Part shown: positions 56,883 through 59,965 of the stretch, one piece after another
Layout of the letters: each line of letters starts with the position of its first letter
Position numbering within the stretch: the stretch's first letter is position 1
From: a bacterium
GTDB taxonomy: Bacteria > Desulfobacterota > DSWW01
Direction of reading: 5' to 3'
Length of the DNA: 59,965 nucleotides
NCBI GenBank assembly: GCA_040756235.1
Contig: JBFLZG010000029.1
Location: 1 to 59,965, forward strand
The notes under the pieces: generated by a model
The model's input: only the letters and a program-made list of their open reading frames with translations
Database searches by the model: none
Told to the model about the DNA's origin: nothing
Position numbers and translations under genes: made by a program

Positions 56883-57476
56883 ATGCGCATGAGCAAAAGA
56901 GCCGTATTCGCAGTCATTCCCCTTCTCGTCTTCGCCTTCGTCGCGTCGCAGGCCATGGCCGAGATGACTTCCGAGAGCGAGAGGGCCACGTCAGCAACGC
57001 AAGCGCAAGGTGCGATGAAGACCTATCGCGCGAGCGAGGTCATGCAGAAGGACGTCAAGGACACCCGTGGCGAGAAGCTGGGCTCGGTCGAGGACATCGC
57101 GCTCGGCCAGCACGGGCAGGGCTATGTGATCATTTCCCGGGCCGACAACAGCGACCAGCTCGTGCCGGTCCCGTTCAGCGCCATTCAGTTCCAGACGGAG
57201 AGCAAGGAAGGGGCCCAGCACGCCAAGGTGAAGCACCTGGTTCTGAACATCGACAAGAACCGCTTTGCCAGCGCGCCGGCCTTCAACAAGGACAACTGGC
57301 CGGACCTGGCGCGGAGCGACTGGTCCCAGAGGGTCCGCGGGTATTACGGAAGCTCCCAGGAGGGGCAGTGGGGCCAGATGGAGCATCAGATGGAGCATCA
57401 GGGTCAGATGGAGCACGAGGGATCGAGCTCCGGAAGGACCGAGACCGGCAGAGACGCCGAGTCCCGATCCTACTAA
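56883..57476 (+). CDS. Exported PRC-barrel domain protein
   Basis: Signal peptide; RASEVM..DVKD..GEKLGSVEDI, LVPVPF, LNIDK..APAF..WPD. Confidence 0.87.
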   Translation: MRMSKRAVFAVIPLLVFAFVASQAMAEMTSESERATSATQAQGAMKTYRASEVMQKDVKDTRGEKLGSVEDIALGQHGQGYVIISRADNSDQLVPVPFSAIQFQTESKEGAQHAKVKHLVLNIDKNRFASAPAFNKDNWPDLARSDWSQRVRGYYGSSQEGQWGQMEHQMEHQGQMEHEGSSSGRTETGRDAESRSY

Positions 57477-57709
57477 CATCGAAACATGCGATGAGCTAGC
57501 TTCCGTTCCCTTTCCGGCTATACCGTCGAGGAAGGTGCCTGAAGCGGCGAAACCGCGTCAGGCATCCTTCTCCGGCGTTCGAGGCGGCATGCAGCCGGCA
57601 CTCTCTGGTGAGACCGGTTGCTGCCGCCGTTTTCTTTCACGGCGCGTACGCAGAATGTTCCGAGGCCCTCCCGGCGAGCGTACCTCGCGCGGAGTCTCGG
57701 CCGTCTTCC

Positions 57710-57738
57710 TTGACAGCGGATAAGAGCCGACCAATAAT
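57710..57738 (+). promoter_or_regulatory. Possible sigma70 promoter for GNAT-M20 pair
   Basis: TTGACA-N17-AATAAT. Confidence 0.4.
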
Positions 57739-57810
57739 GCTCTGGAGTCGGACCTGGATCATGGACGGTAAGGACCGGCGCGACCAGAAACAGGAGGAGC
57801 AGACCCCATC

Positions 57811-58380
57811 ATGGACGAGGACGAGGAATCGGACCATAGGAAGAAACGGATGAACGTCACGATCCGTTCCATGGAAATCGATGATCTGGCGACGGTTTTC
57901 CACCTCGGCGAACAGCTCTTCACAGCCAGCAAAATGCCCACCCTGTACCGTACGTGGGACCAGTTCGAGGTCATCGAGCTGTTCCAGGCGGAGCCCGAGC
58001 TCTGCCTGGTGGCCGAGTCGGAGGACGAGCGGATCATCGGCTTCGCTCTGGGGACGACGATCCGCAAGAGCCGCTCCGCCTGGCACTACGGGCATCTCGT
58101 GTGGCTGGGAGTGGACCCCGCCTTCCAGCGGAACGACGTCTCCACCAAGCTTTTCAACAACTTTCGGGACCAGCTCCTGGAAATGGGAGTGCGCATGGTC
58201 CTCGTGGACACCGAGGCCGACAACCTGCCCGCCCTCCATTTCTTCCGCAAGATCGGTTTCGGCAATCCGCAGGAGCACATCTACCTGACCCTCAACCTGG
58301 CCGCGCAGCGCCGTCAGCAGACCGACAGGAAGACCAACGGCAGGGCCGAGGTTCTGCGCCATCCCAGAAGCGATGTCTGA
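57811..58380 (+). CDS. GNAT family N-acetyltransferase
   Basis: IRSMEIDD, IIGFALG, WLGVDPAFQR, DN.PALHFF.KIGF. Confidence 0.88.
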   Translation: MDEDEESDHRKKRMNVTIRSMEIDDLATVFHLGEQLFTASKMPTLYRTWDQFEVIELFQAEPELCLVAESEDERIIGFALGTTIRKSRSAWHYGHLVWLGVDPAFQRNDVSTKLFNNFRDQLLEMGVRMVLVDTEADNLPALHFFRKIGFGNPQEHIYLTLNLAAQRRQQTDRKTNGRAEVLRHPRSDV

Positions 58381-59485
58381 TCCCGACCGAGGCATCCAGC
58401 CCCAGAGACTCCGGCAGCTCCTGCACCGTTTGGTGGACATCTACAGCCCCTCCGGCAAGGAAGAGGAGATCCTGGAGTTCCTGCACGGCTACTGCAGGCG
58501 CCAAGGGCTGGCGCCATTGCGGCAGCCGGTGGATGAAAACCGTCACAACCTGATCGTGGCGCCGGCGTCGGACGAGATCCAGCTGGCCCTGATCGGGCAC
58601 GTGGACACGGTCGCGGCCTTCGATCTCGACCACTACGGATACGAGGAGCACGACGACCAGATCCTCGGCCTGGGTACGGCCGACATGAAGGCCGGGTGCG
58701 CTGCGATGATCGAGGCCTATCTGGCTCTCCGGCAGCTCCGCGGCCCGGCCGTGCCGGTGGCTCTGGCCCTGGTCGTGGGCGAGGAGGAAGAGGGAGATGG
58801 CGCCCGGCGGCTCGTCAAGGACTTCCGCTTCCCGTGGGCCGTGATCGGCGAGCCCACCGATCTGAAACCCTGCCTCGGCCACTACGGCTATCTGGAGATC
58901 CAGATCTCGACGCGCGGCAAGCGCATGCACGCCTCTCTGGCCAACCAGGGGCACAACGCGGTCGAGGCGATGCTCCGCCTGCTGCTCAAGTTGTCGCGCT
59001 ATCTGGAGGAGCACCGGCCCGAGCTCGTCTACAACGTCCGCGACCTGTTCAGCTCGCGGGCGGGTTTCGTGGTCCCGGACCGCTGCGAAGCCTGGCTGGA
59101 CGTGCACCTGCCACCCGCGGCTCCGATCGGCAGCATCACCCTCGAGCTCGAGGCCCTGCTGGCTGAAGAGCGCAACGCCAACCCCGCGCTCGATGCCGCT
59201 CTGCGCTTTGCGATGATCCACGCCGGATACGAGATCCCGGAACGGGGGCCCATGCTCGAAGCCCTGAAAGGGATCTATGGCCGGAGAGGCCTCCCCATGG
59301 AGGAGCTGCAGGCGTTTCGCAGCCACTCGGACGCCAACGAGCTCTGGGCCGCTGGCGTAAAACCGCTGCTGCTGGGTCCGGGACAGCTCGAGAAGGCCCA
59401 CGCCCCGGACGAGTCGGTCTCGTTCCAGCAGGTCTGCCTCGCCGCCGAGCTGTACCTCGAGTTGCTTGCCTCGCTGTATCCTTGA
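58373..59485 (+). CDS. M20 family metallohydrolase (ArgE/DapE-like deacylase)
   Basis: SPSGKE, GHVDTV, GLGTADMKAG, GEEE, GEPT, GPG..AHAPDE. Confidence 0.92.
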   Translation: MSDPDRGIQPQRLRQLLHRLVDIYSPSGKEEEILEFLHGYCRRQGLAPLRQPVDENRHNLIVAPASDEIQLALIGHVDTVAAFDLDHYGYEEHDDQILGLGTADMKAGCAAMIEAYLALRQLRGPAVPVALALVVGEEEEGDGARRLVKDFRFPWAVIGEPTDLKPCLGHYGYLEIQISTRGKRMHASLANQGHNAVEAMLRLLLKLSRYLEEHRPELVYNVRDLFSSRAGFVVPDRCEAWLDVHLPPAAPIGSITLELEALLAEERNANPALDAALRFAMIHAGYEIPERGPMLEALKGIYGRRGLPMEELQAFRSHSDANELWAAGVKPLLLGPGQLEKAHAPDESVSFQQVCLAAELYLELLASLYP

Positions 59486-59500
59486 AATCATGTCTGCTCG

Positions 59501-59650
59501 GTCATCCCGCCGCAGGAGGCCGTGTCACATTCGTCACCCCCGGACGGCGGTTCCACCCTGCGTTGTGGGGGCGCTCCCGGCCAAGGCCGCCGGGGCGGCC
59601 GCGAGCCGGGATCCCGGCAGCGGGATTCCCGCTTGTGAGGCTGTCTCATC
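59501..59650. repeat. Degenerate REP/MITE-B end fragments
   Basis: GTCATCCCGCCGCAG then GAGGCCGTGTCACATTCGTCAC at 59516 (inverted right-end-like); GGATTCCCGCTTGT then GAGGCTGTCTCAT at 59637. Confidence 0.55.
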
Positions 59651-59700
59651 AGGCGGCGCGGCGAGCAGCGCCATCTACGCTTTTCGTCACCCCGGCGCAG

Positions 59701-59897
59701 GAGGCTGTGTCATAAATCCGGTCAGACCCTCGTGCGGCCACTCATTCCGGAGGACTCGGAGGCGCGGCCGCATGATTTCCGTCATTCCGGCGCAGGCCGG
59801 AATCCAGTCCCTGCGCCCAGTTACCACAGCGAGTCTTGGTGCACCCTACCGGATCCCGGCTCCCACGCGCTCCGCACATGGGCCGGGATGACGAAAT
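59701..59897 (+). mobile_element. MITE family B copy lacking the right TIR
   Basis: Begins GAGGCTGTGTCATAAATCCGG after GTCACCCCGGC-GCAG; closely matches 54604-54795 then diverges. Confidence 0.82.
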
Positions 59898-59965
59898 ACT
59901 CGGAAGCCTTCCGGGTCTCGGGACCGGCTCCGAAGCGGCCGGAGCTTGCGAGCGCCGCGAAGCAA

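Noticed and set aside
39021..59897. CRISPR array from the recurring 27-bp palindrome
   Set aside because: Copies are dispersed over kilobases with no regular repeat-spacer period and no cas genes.

Overview
This is a GC-rich bacterial chromosomal segment with about 42 credible CDS. Gene content and repeat types suggest a deltaproteobacterial-type organism (inference only). I found no rRNA, tRNA, CRISPR array, transposase or prophage genes. Housekeeping genes: gltX, glnS, thrC, trpBA, pfkA. Lipid metabolism: two acyl-CoA ligases and two acyl-CoA dehydrogenases. Envelope functions: many proteases (CPBP, C25 gingipain-like, DegQ, M48, M23, a zincin-like protein), an ArnT-like transferase and a GldA/F/G-DUF4340 ABC module. 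Signalling: an SH3-M48-CHASE2 adenylate cyclase operon, a multi-PAS kinase, a REC-HPt-like protein and an ArsR regulator. DNA repair: an EndoQ-UvrD fusion ending in a beta-clamp-like motif, and two overlapping Ku genes. The most unusual structure is non-coding. A 207-bp MITE inserts at the 4-nt loop of a GTCATTCCGGC-GNAG-GCCGGAATCCAG REP hairpin and carries a copy of that same target inside itself; two such copies bracket glnS. A second 155-bp MITE with related GAGGCTGT ends and several GTAG-type REPs occupy many of the other intergenic gaps. All protein calls come from motif recognition by eye, not database searches, and several start codons are uncertain.
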